A stretch of 64,000 nucleotides of DNA from Planctomycetota bacterium. GTDB lineage: Bacteria > Planctomycetota > UBA1135 > UBA2386. The notes under the pieces were generated by a model that was not told the origin of the DNA, searched no databases, and saw nothing but the letters and a program-made list of their open reading frames with translations. Of the stretch, positions 39,640 through 48,510 are shown in pieces. The first letter of the stretch is position 1. The number at the start of each line of letters is the position of its first letter. The stretch is taken from assembly GCA_965228735.1 (NCBI GenBank), contig OZ245838.1, positions 3,168,001-3,232,000 on the forward strand, written 5' to 3'. A program made the position numbers and the translations under genes.

Positions 39640-40386
39640 ATGCCGAGCCCACTCACGATCGTCACGGGCAGCTCGCGCGGCATCGGTCGCGCCGTCGTCG
39701 AAGCGTTGCTGGCCCGCGGTCACGACGTCGCGGGCGTCGCGCGTTCGCGGCCGAACGCTCTCGACCACGAACGCTACACCCACTTCGAGTGCGACCTCGA
39801 CGACCTCGACGCGGTAGCGCGCACGTTCGAGCGTGACCTGCCCGCCCAGCTGTCGCTCGCCGGCCGGCGGCGCATCGGCCTCGTGAACAACGCGGCCGTG
39901 CTCGACATCGAGTCGGTCGCGAGCGCGCGCCTCGAACACCTCGACCGGTCGTTCCGGGTCAACGTCGCGGTGCCGGTCTGGCTGCACGGCTGGCTCTGCC
40001 GCACGGCACCCGCCGAGGTCACCCTGCGGATCATCGACCTGTCGAGCGGCGCCGCGCAGAACGCCTATCCCGGCTGGGTCGCCTACTGCGCGAGCAAGGC
40101 CGCCCTCGCGATGGCCGGGCGGGTCCTGGCGGAGGAACTCGGTGAGGTGCCACAACTGCGCGGCCGCGACCTCGCGCTCGTGTCCTACGCCCCGGGCGTC
40201 GTCGCGACCGGGATGCAGGAGTCGATCCGGTCGGCCGACGAGACGGAGTTCCCCCGCCGCCAACGCTTCGTCGAACTGCACGACGGCGGCGAGCTCATCG
40301 ATCCGGCCGGCCCCGCTGCCGAGATCGCTGAGCTGATCGAGTGCGCGGACCTCCCGCCGTTCTCGGCCCGGCGTTTCGGCGGCTGA
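39640..40386 (+). CDS. Short-chain dehydrogenase/reductase (sepiapterin/benzil reductase-like)
   Basis: TGSSRGIG, NNAA, SSGAA, YCASK, PGVVATGMQ. Confidence 0.9.
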   Translation: MPSPLTIVTGSSRGIGRAVVEALLARGHDVAGVARSRPNALDHERYTHFECDLDDLDAVARTFERDLPAQLSLAGRRRIGLVNNAAVLDIESVASARLEHLDRSFRVNVAVPVWLHGWLCRTAPAEVTLRIIDLSSGAAQNAYPGWVAYCASKAALAMAGRVLAEELGEVPQLRGRDLALVSYAPGVVATGMQESIRSADETEFPRRQRFVELHDGGELIDPAGPAAEIAELIECADLPPFSARRFGG

Positions 40387-40527
40387 GGCCGGCCATCGCG
40401 AACGGCTCGAGGATCGCTGCGTCGATTCCGGGCCCGGCGCCGCAGGCCGCGAACGAACAGTTGAGCGCATCCGCGGTCACCCCGTGATCGAAGGTCTCCA
40501 ATGCGGCACTGCCGCCCGATGCCCGAC

Positions 40528-41949
40528 ATGATCACACTGCACCGCCGTCCTGTTCTCGCGACGATCCTGGCCGCCGCCGCTGGCGCCACCGCCCAGTCGA
40601 CCCCCGACGACTCATCGACCAGCGACCTGCGCGGGGCACCCGGCACGTGGCGCACCGTGCTCGACGGCGTGATGGGCGGTCGCTCGACCGGGCGCGTGCA
40701 GCCCGCCGCCGATGGCACGATCGCGTTCACCGGCACCTTGTCGCTCGAGAACAATGGCGGTTTCTCGTCGATGCGTCGTCCGCTGGACGGTGCGCAGCTG
40801 GCGGCGACGACCGGCCTGGTCCTCGAGTGCCGCGGCGACGGCCGCACCTACAACTTCGACCTGCGGACCTCGAACGTCCGCCGCATGGCGTCCGGCTACC
40901 GCAAGGAGTTCGCGACCGTGGACGGCGAGTGGATCGAGGTGCGGCTGCCGTTCGACGAGTTCCGGCTGCAGAGCTTCGGCCGCTACATCCGGGGCGCGGC
41001 GCCGCTGGATCCGGCCAAGGTCGAGTCGCTCGGGATCACGCTGTCCGACAAGCAGGCCGGCGCCTTCCGGCTCGAGATCCGCGCGATCCGCGCGACGGCG
41101 AACGACTCGCCGAAGACGCTGACGGCCGGCATCTCGCCACGCCGACCGATGGCCGCAACGGGCTCGGCAGACGCCGCGGGCGCGACGAGCATCGAGGATG
41201 CCCGCCGCCTCGCCGCGGAGTCCGGCCTGACGACACTCCTCGCCGCCGTCGATGCCGCCGCGCTCGCCGTGCCGCGCGCACCGATCACGATTTTCGCGCC
41301 CACCAACGACGCCTTCGCCGCGCTGCCGAAGGCCGAGCTCGCCCGGCTGCTCGAGCCGCGCAACCGCCCATCCCTGCGCCGGGTCCTCGGGTTGCACGTG
41401 GTGCCGGGCCGCGTGCCCGCGAGCGCGCTGCTCGCGGGAGCCCGGCTCGAGAGCCTCGCCGGTGGCCGGATCGAGGTCGCCGTTCGCGACGGCCGCCTGA
41501 CGCTCCGCGACGGGATCGCGATCGTCGCGACCGACCTGCAGGCCGGCAACGTGACGATCCACCAGATCGACCGCGTCATCCTGCCGAGTGCGGCGCCCGA
41601 GACCGCCGCCGACGACGTCGCCGCTGCCATCGCGGCGCTCGATCCCCGCGAGTCGGCGATCGCGGTGTACGTCGCCGCCATCGACCGCGGCGCTCCGCTC
41701 TTCAACGCGGGCAACATTGCCGCGTGCACCGCCGTCTACGAGACCGCCGTCGACGCGATGTTGCTCCTCGGCGGCCGCGACCTCGGTGATGCCGTGTTCG
41801 AGCGCCTGCTCGCCTCGCGGCGCGATGCCGCGCGCGAAGGGTCGACCCGGCAGCGCGCGTGGCTGCTGCGTGAGGCACTGGACGACGCCGCCGGCACGCT
41901 GCAGCGCGCGATCGCAGCCGGACCCGCGCCGGACCGCCCGCGACGCTGA
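40528..41949 (+). CDS. Secreted CIA30-domain + fasciclin (FAS1) fusion with C-terminal helical domain
   Basis: VLDGVMGGRS, LSLENNGGFSS, GDGRTY (CIA30); TIFAPTNDAF, IHQIDRVILP (FAS1). Start may be 40519. Confidence 0.85.
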   Translation: MITLHRRPVLATILAAAAGATAQSTPDDSSTSDLRGAPGTWRTVLDGVMGGRSTGRVQPAADGTIAFTGTLSLENNGGFSSMRRPLDGAQLAATTGLVLECRGDGRTYNFDLRTSNVRRMASGYRKEFATVDGEWIEVRLPFDEFRLQSFGRYIRGAAPLDPAKVESLGITLSDKQAGAFRLEIRAIRATANDSPKTLTAGISPRRPMAATGSADAAGATSIEDARRLAAESGLTTLLAAVDAAALAVPRAPITIFAPTNDAFAALPKAELARLLEPRNRPSLRRVLGLHVVPGRVPASALLAGARLESLAGGRIEVAVRDGRLTLRDGIAIVATDLQAGNVTIHQIDRVILPSAAPETAADDVAAAIAALDPRESAIAVYVAAIDRGAPLFNAGNIAACTAVYETAVDAMLLLGGRDLGDAVFERLLASRRDAAREGSTRQRAWLLREALDDAAGTLQRAIAAGPAPDRPRR

Positions 41950-42008
41950 GCGGAACGCCCCGGCGGACCTTGCTCCTGCCGGCCGACGCGGGGATCGTGG
42001 GGTGGCTC

Positions 42009-45000
42009 ATGCGCACCCCGAAGCTCGTAGCCGCCGCAGCCCTGCTGCTGCTGTCCCCCTCCATCGGCGCGCAGGGCGACGCGTCGACCACGTCGTCCTG
42101 GCAGAGCGAGACCTTCGACGGTCTGCAGTTCCGTTCGATCGGCCCGGCACTCATGGCCGGGCGCATCGCCGACATCGCGATCCACCCGGACGATCCCAAC
42201 CGCTGGGTCATCGGCGTCGGCTCGGGCGGCGTGTGGCACACGGTCAACGCCGGCATCACTTGGGCGCCGATCTTCGACGATCAAGAGAGCTACTCGATCG
42301 GGTGCGTGACCTTCGATCCGCACCACCCCGACACCATCTGGGTCGGCACGGGGGAGAACGTCGGTGGGCGGCACGTCGGCTACGGCGACGGTGTCTATCG
42401 CAGCCGGGACGGCGGGACGACGTGGGAGTGCCTAGGTCTGCGTGACTCGCAGCACATCGCGAAGATCCTGGTCCACCCCGACGACCCCGACACCGTATGG
42501 GTCGCCGCGCAGGGTCCGCTGTGGAGTTCGGGCGGCGAACGGGGCGTCTACCGTTCGACCGACGGGGGCAAGACGTGGGCCCGCACGCTCGGCGACGATC
42601 GGTGGACGGGCGCAACCGAACTCGTGCTCGACCCGCGTGATCCCGACCGGCTGTACGCGGCGACCTGGCAACGCCACCGCACGGTCGCCAACTACCTCGG
42701 CGGCGGCCCGGGCAGCGGGCTGCACAAGAGCGAGGACGGCGGCGTGACCTGGACTCGACTCGGCGAAGGTCTGCCCGAAGGTGACATGGGCAAAATCGGC
42801 CTCGCGATCTCGCCCCAACGACCCGACGTGCTCTACGCGGCCATCGAGCTGAAGCGCCGCACGGGCGGCGTGTGGAAGTCGACCAACCGCGGCAACAGCT
42901 GGACGAAGCAGTCCGACACCGTCTCCGGCGGCACGGGCCCGCACTACTACCAGGAGCTCTACGCCTGCCCCCACCACGAGGACCGCATCTACCTCGCGGA
43001 CGTCCGCATGCAGGTCTCCGACGACGGCGGCAAGACGTTCCGCCGGGTCAACGAGACCAACAAGCACTCGGACAACCACGCGCTCGCGTTCCGGGCCGAT
43101 GACCCCGACTACCTGCTCGTCGGCTGCGACGGCGGTCTCTACGAGAGCCTCGACGGCGCGCAGAACTGGCGGTTCCACGCCAACCTTCCGATCACGCAGT
43201 TCTACAAGGTCGCGGTCGACGACGCGGAGCCGTTCTACAACGTCTACGGCGGCACCCAGGACAACGGCAGCCAGACCGGGCCGTCGCGCACCGACAACTG
43301 GCTCGGCATTCGCAACGCGGACTGGCGGATGTTCCTCGACTGGGACGGCCACCAGCCTGCGACGGAGCCGGGGAACCCGAACATCGTCTACGGCGAACGC
43401 CAGGAGGGCTTTCTCGCGCGCATCGACAACTCGACCGGCGAGGTCGTGAGCATCCAGCCGCAGCCGCGCGAGGGCGAGGGGTTCGAACGTTACAACTGGG
43501 ACGCGCCGATCCTGATCTCGCCGCACGATCGTAAGCGCCTCTACTTTGCGTCGTACCGCGTGTGGCGAAGCGACGACCGCGGTGACTCGTGGACGCCGAT
43601 CTCCGGCGATCTGACGCGCGACGAAGAACGCTTCGCGCTGCCGATCATGAACGGCTCGCAGAGCTGGGACAGCGCGTGGGACGTCAACGCGATGTCGACC
43701 TACAACACGATCACGTCGCTGGCGGAATCGCCGCTGCAGGAGGGCGTGATCTTCGCCGGCACCGACGACGGTCTGCTGCACGTGACCGAGGACGGCGGCA
43801 AGAACTGGCGCAGGATCGAGATCGGCTCGCTCCCCGGCGTGCCGGAACGCGCGTTCATCAACGACGTGCGCTGCGATCTGCACCGGGCGGCAACCGTCTA
43901 CCTCTGCCTCGACAACCACAAGGCGGGCGACTTCACGCCGTACTTCCTCGTCAGTGGTGACATGGGCCGGACGTGGACATCGCTGCGCAACAACCTGCCC
44001 GATCGCACGCTCGTCTGGCGCACGGTGCAGGATCACGTCGACCCCGATCTGCTGTTCCTCGGCACCGAACGCGGCGTGTTCTTCACCACGGATCGCGGCG
44101 CGCGCTGGACGCACCTCGCGGGCGGCATGCCGACGATCCCGGTGCGCGACCTGACGATTCAGCGCCGCGAGAACGACCTGGTCTGCGCGACGTTCGGCCG
44201 CAGCTTCTACGTCCTCGACGACATCGCGCCGCTGCGCTCGGTGTCGGACGAACAGCTCGCACAGGAGGCGACGCTGTTCCCGACGCGCGACGCGCACTGG
44301 TTCGTGCGGCGGCCGGTGCTCGAGTTCGGCCGCGGGCCCGGTGATCAGGGCGCGAGCTATTTCTACACCGAGAATCCGCCGTTCGGCGCCGTGTTCACGC
44401 TCTACCTCAGGGACGGCTACCAGAGCCGCGAGGACCAGCGCATCGAAGCGGAGAAGGCAGCGCGCGCGGCCGGCGAGGACGTCGGTTTCCCCGGCTGGGA
44501 CGTGCTCGAGGAGCAGGCGCGCGCCACCGCGCCGCGGGTCTGGCTGACGATTCGCAACAGCGACGGCGCCGTCATGCGGCGCCTCGAGTGCCCGACGAAG
44601 CCGGGCTTCCACCGCGTCGCGTGGGATCTCACGCGCCCCAACCCGACGACCGTCACGCTCACGCCGCCGCCGCCGCCCGAGTGGGGCGAGCCGCCGGCGG
44701 GGATGATGGTCGCACCGGGGCGCTACAGTGCGACGCTCAGCAAGGAGATCGACGGCGTCGCGACGCCGCTCGGCAGCCCGCAGAGCTTCCACGTCGTGCC
44801 GCTGTACGACGGCGCACTGCAGAGGTCCGACACGGCCGCGGTCGCCGGGTTCTGGTTCCAGTACGACGCCGCCACGCGGCTGCATTCCGCCATCGGCAAG
44901 AGCGTGGCGCTGATGACGACCACGATCGAGCGCATGCGCACCGCGATGACCCAGATGCCGCTCGCACCCGGCAATCCGTTCGACGGCCGGATCGAACGAC

Positions 45001-45305
45001 TGCGTCGCGGTCTGCTCGACGTCGACACGGCACTCAACGGCCCGGCCGCGAAGCGGCAACCCGGCGAGAAGGCCGACCCGACGGTGAGCAGTCGCCTGTC
45101 CGCCGTGAACCTCGGCGTCGCGAGTTCGACGTACGGTCCGACCGCGACCCATCGCGAACAACTGCGCCTCGTCGCGACCGAGCTGCGTCGGCTGCAGCCG
45201 ATCGTCAGCGCGATGCAGAAGGACCTCGCGGCCCTGGTGCAGGAGCTCGTCGCTGCCGGTGCGCCGTGGATCGAGGGTCAGCCGTTGCCCGGCGGCGGGC
45301 GCTGA
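42009..45305 (+). CDS. Secreted BNR/Asp-box (VPS10-like) beta-propeller, putative glycosyl hydrolase
   Basis: FRSIGPALMAGRI; many SxDGGxTW boxes; YGGTQDNG; RYNWDAP; ATFGRSFY. Confidence 0.88.
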   Translation: MRTPKLVAAAALLLLSPSIGAQGDASTTSSWQSETFDGLQFRSIGPALMAGRIADIAIHPDDPNRWVIGVGSGGVWHTVNAGITWAPIFDDQESYSIGCVTFDPHHPDTIWVGTGENVGGRHVGYGDGVYRSRDGGTTWECLGLRDSQHIAKILVHPDDPDTVWVAAQGPLWSSGGERGVYRSTDGGKTWARTLGDDRWTGATELVLDPRDPDRLYAATWQRHRTVANYLGGGPGSGLHKSEDGGVTWTRLGEGLPEGDMGKIGLAISPQRPDVLYAAIELKRRTGGVWKSTNRGNSWTKQSDTVSGGTGPHYYQELYACPHHEDRIYLADVRMQVSDDGGKTFRRVNETNKHSDNHALAFRADDPDYLLVGCDGGLYESLDGAQNWRFHANLPITQFYKVAVDDAEPFYNVYGGTQDNGSQTGPSRTDNWLGIRNADWRMFLDWDGHQPATEPGNPNIVYGERQEGFLARIDNSTGEVVSIQPQPREGEGFERYNWDAPILISPHDRKRLYFASYRVWRSDDRGDSWTPISGDLTRDEERFALPIMNGSQSWDSAWDVNAMSTYNTITSLAESPLQEGVIFAGTDDGLLHVTEDGGKNWRRIEIGSLPGVPERAFINDVRCDLHRAATVYLCLDNHKAGDFTPYFLVSGDMGRTWTSLRNNLPDRTLVWRTVQDHVDPDLLFLGTERGVFFTTDRGARWTHLAGGMPTIPVRDLTIQRRENDLVCATFGRSFYVLDDIAPLRSVSDEQLAQEATLFPTRDAHWFVRRPVLEFGRGPGDQGASYFYTENPPFGAVFTLYLRDGYQSREDQRIEAEKAARAAGEDVGFPGWDVLEEQARATAPRVWLTIRNSDGAVMRRLECPTKPGFHRVAWDLTRPNPTTVTLTPPPPPEWGEPPAGMMVAPGRYSATLSKEIDGVATPLGSPQSFHVVPLYDGALQRSDTAAVAGFWFQYDAATRLHSAIGKSVALMTTTIERMRTAMTQMPLAPGNPFDGRIERLRRGLLDVDTALNGPAAKRQPGEKADPTVSSRLSAVNLGVASSTYGPTATHREQLRLVATELRRLQPIVSAMQKDLAALVQELVAAGAPWIEGQPLPGGGR

Positions 45306-45333
45306 GGCGGCACGTCGCGTAGTCTGCTCGTCG

Positions 45334-46812
45334 ATGCACCCCACCGGCTCCGTCTGGCCGCTGCTCGCAGCGTTCACGCTCTCGATCGCGGCTACGGCTC
45401 AGAGCGGGTTCGAGGACCCCGCGCCGCCGACGGTCCAGGAGCTGCCGGCGGTCACAGCACCGCAGGCGCAGGCCTTCGACGAGCTGCAGACGTTCGGCAC
45501 CGCCAGCCCGCTGTCGAGAGGCGCGAAGGTCGAGGACTGGCCGGGCTTCCTCGGCCCGCGTCGCGACGGTCGCTGCCGCGAGACCGGACTGCTCGAGAGC
45601 TGGCCCGACGGCGAACTGCAGCCGCTCTGGACCATGCGACGCGGCGAGGGCTTCGCATCGCCCGTCGTCCTCGGCGACCGCCTCGTGTTCACCCACCGCA
45701 TCGGCAACGAGGTCGTCATCGAATGTCTCGAGGCCGCGACCGGCGAGCGCTACTGGCAGTTCCGGTACCCGACCGACTACCGCGCCGAATACTTCTCCGC
45801 GCACGGCCCGTGCAGCACACCGGTCGCTGCGGATGGCCGCGTGTGGGTGCACGGCGTCGAAGGCATGCTGCACTGCCTCGAGCTCGCAACGGGCCGCGTC
45901 GTCTGGAAGCGGAATCTGCTGGCGGAGTTCGGCCTGGAACAACAGTTCTTCGGCGTGACGACGAGTCCGCTGCTCCGCGGCAACGAGCTCATCATCAACC
46001 TCGGTGTGCCAAACGGCCCGACCGTCGCGGCGTTCGATCGTGCCACCGGGCGGCTGCTCTGGGGCACCGGCACCAGGTGGGGCATGAGCTGCGCCTCGCC
46101 GGTCCTGCGACCGCTGCACGGCAAGGAACGGCTCTTCGTCCTCACCGGTGGCAAGTCACGCCCCACCGTCGGCGGCCTCATGGTCATCGACCCGGACGCT
46201 CACACGACGATCGGTGAGTTCCCGTTCCGCAGCCGGCGTTACGAGTCGGTGAACGGCGTCTGCCCGGTCGTCGTGGACTCGACCGTCGTGCTGACGTCGA
46301 ACTACAGCACGGGCACGGTCGGCGTCACGATCGACGAGGACGGCAACGCCGCCCAGGCCTGGAAGGCCCGCCGACTCGGCATCGAGTTCTCCGCCCCGAT
46401 CGTCCACGAGGGCGATCTCTACCTCGTCGACGGCGTCCGCGATCGCAGCGGCGCGATCGTCTGCCTCGATCCGATCGCCGGCACCGAACGGTCGCGCACC
46501 GCGATCGACTGGGAGGAGGAGGTCGAGCTCGACGGCAAGAAGCGCATGCTGTCGTGCGGTCTCGGCGCGGGCTCACTGCTGCACATCGGCGGCGACCGCT
46601 TCCTGTGCCTCAGCGACAACGGTCACCTCCTGCGGTTGCGCTGCAAACCGGACGGCGCGGAGGTGCTCGACCGCACCATGCTGTTCCTCGCGGGCGAGAC
46701 CTGGACGCCGCTCGTGCTGAGCCACGGGCTGCTCTACGTGTGCCAGAACCAGCCGGCGAAGATCGGCACCGCGCCGCGCCGCCTGCTGTGCTACGACCTG
46801 CGGGCGCGGTGA
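45334..46812 (+). CDS. PQQ-binding-like beta-propeller repeat protein
   Basis: DWPGFLGPRRDG, GEGFASP, GPCSTP, CLELATGRVVW, WTPLVLSHGLLYV, LLCYDL. Confidence 0.85.
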   Translation: MHPTGSVWPLLAAFTLSIAATAQSGFEDPAPPTVQELPAVTAPQAQAFDELQTFGTASPLSRGAKVEDWPGFLGPRRDGRCRETGLLESWPDGELQPLWTMRRGEGFASPVVLGDRLVFTHRIGNEVVIECLEAATGERYWQFRYPTDYRAEYFSAHGPCSTPVAADGRVWVHGVEGMLHCLELATGRVVWKRNLLAEFGLEQQFFGVTTSPLLRGNELIINLGVPNGPTVAAFDRATGRLLWGTGTRWGMSCASPVLRPLHGKERLFVLTGGKSRPTVGGLMVIDPDAHTTIGEFPFRSRRYESVNGVCPVVVDSTVVLTSNYSTGTVGVTIDEDGNAAQAWKARRLGIEFSAPIVHEGDLYLVDGVRDRSGAIVCLDPIAGTERSRTAIDWEEEVELDGKKRMLSCGLGAGSLLHIGGDRFLCLSDNGHLLRLRCKPDGAEVLDRTMLFLAGETWTPLVLSHGLLYVCQNQPAKIGTAPRRLLCYDLRAR

Positions 46813-46849
46813 GGGCGCACGTCGAGAAACCAGTCTTTCGATCCCGATG

Positions 46850-46930
46850 TCGAACACCAATCACGAAACGGGTGCCAGTAGGACCAGCTTCGAACACCAG
46901 GAAAATTGGACGCGCCACGGCCAATTTTCC
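46850..46930. repeat. Intergenic direct repeat (TCGAACACCA x2) and inverted repeat GGAAAATTGG-N11-CCAATTTTCC
   Basis: Read directly from the spacer between two convergent genes. Confidence 0.6.
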
Positions 46931-46947
46931 CGGTAGCGCTCCGGAGC

Positions 46948-48435
46948 TCACCGCAGGAGCTCCAGCACGTGCCAGGTCGTGATCGCTTTCGACCCGGGAT
47001 GCTCATCGATCGCGCCGTCCCAGACGGCGACTGCGAAGAGCACGGCATCGCCTCGCGAGAGATCGACCTCGCCGTCGTCCCGCGCTTTCAGTTCCCGCTC
47101 GAACGTCGCCCGCCAACGGCCGTCACGCCACTGCACGTCCGCGTCGATCGGCAGCCCCGCGCCGGCACGACGTCCGACCGTGTGCATGCCGCCGAACTGC
47201 ACGGACTCGGCGCGCGGGTCGACCTGAATGGGCCACGGCACGTCGAGGCCCTGATGCGGCTGCTGCCCCATGAGATCGACCATGCCCGCGAGTTCCTTCG
47301 GGTCGTAGGTGTGCCAGCGCCACACGTTCACCGGCGCCGCATCGGTGCCCATGGGGAACAACGGCGGCTCGGTCTCGCTCGCAAACTGGATCGCAACGCC
47401 GTCACCCATCCGCACGTCGGGCCGAACGCGATCGTCACGCGTGTCGTCGGCCCACTCGAGTTCGATCCGGATGCGGGTACCGTCATGCGTGGCGCGAAGC
47501 CACACCTCATCGCACGCGTCGGGGCGCCAACGCAGCGGCACCACGGGTAGCCGGATCGAGTCGAGGGCACCGGCCGAGGCGAGGTCATCGACCTCCTGGA
47601 CCCGGACGGTACGCCGCCACTGCGTGTGGCGGTCACCGCTGCCCTCGGGCACGAGCGACCGCACGTAGGCCACGAGCTTCGCCGTCTCGGCCACGGAGAT
47701 GGGCGAAGGCATCATGAGCGCCGCGGGCATGCCGGCGCGGATGCGGTAGGCCAGCTCGCGATGGCTCACGTCCCCGCGCAGGTAGCCCGCCGTGAAATCG
47801 CGCGGCAGGATCCAGTCGGCCGCGCCGTTCTGCCACCGCGTCGCCTGCTGCAGCCCACGACCATCGGCGCTGTGACAGCTCGCGCAGTACTGCATGAACA
47901 GCTCCCGCCCCGCGGCCAGGTCTTCTGCCGAAGGCGAGTGGATGGCCTCACCGATCTCGACGACCGCCCCGGGAGTCATCTCCGCCTCGGCGCGCGCGAG
48001 GGCCGCGGCGCGCGCGACGGGACGCCGCGCGATCTCGCCCCCGACCTGGATCCAGCTGGCGCGACCCGCGATCGCGAGCCGCCGCACCTCCCGCGCGAGC
48101 GCCTCCAGATCGGCCCGCGGCAGCCAGCTGTATGCCATCATGGTCGAACCCGGCATGCCGTAGTAGAGGGTGCGAACGAGATCGTCCTCGGTCGGAACGC
48201 CGTTCTCGGTGCTGACGAGCTTGAACAGGCCGTCACGAAACGGCAGCGGTCGCGGCCGCAACAACGCCGCCACCGCGGTGTCGGCGTCGCCCGTGCCGCC
48301 GTGGCACACCGCACAGTGCCGGGCGTACAGCTCGGCCCCCCGGTTCGCGAAATGCCCGGCTCCGTCCGCACTGCCGGTCGCACAGGTGACCGCCAGGGTC
48401 GAGGCTACGAGGACGAACGCTGCTCGGAGTCGCAT
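46948..48435 (-). CDS. Di-haem c-type cytochrome fused to an ethylbenzene-dehydrogenase-gamma-like (DOMON) haem-b domain
   Basis: CAVCH and CASCH, each followed by GMP..M; C-terminal LEWADDT, DGVAIQF, FPMG, VNVWRW, AVAVWDG, SK. Confidence 0.8.
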   Translation of the reverse strand: MRLRAAFVLVASTLAVTCATGSADGAGHFANRGAELYARHCAVCHGGTGDADTAVAALLRPRPLPFRDGLFKLVSTENGVPTEDDLVRTLYYGMPGSTMMAYSWLPRADLEALAREVRRLAIAGRASWIQVGGEIARRPVARAAALARAEAEMTPGAVVEIGEAIHSPSAEDLAAGRELFMQYCASCHSADGRGLQQATRWQNGAADWILPRDFTAGYLRGDVSHRELAYRIRAGMPAALMMPSPISVAETAKLVAYVRSLVPEGSGDRHTQWRRTVRVQEVDDLASAGALDSIRLPVVPLRWRPDACDEVWLRATHDGTRIRIELEWADDTRDDRVRPDVRMGDGVAIQFASETEPPLFPMGTDAAPVNVWRWHTYDPKELAGMVDLMGQQPHQGLDVPWPIQVDPRAESVQFGGMHTVGRRAGAGLPIDADVQWRDGRWRATFERELKARDDGEVDLSRGDAVLFAVAVWDGAIDEHPGSKAITTWHVLELLR

Positions 48436-48510
48436 GCTCGCGAGTGTAGGCAGCGGCGCGCGATCGGACCGTTCGAACCAATACGTATCCCGGACGGGGA
48501 AAGGGCGCAG

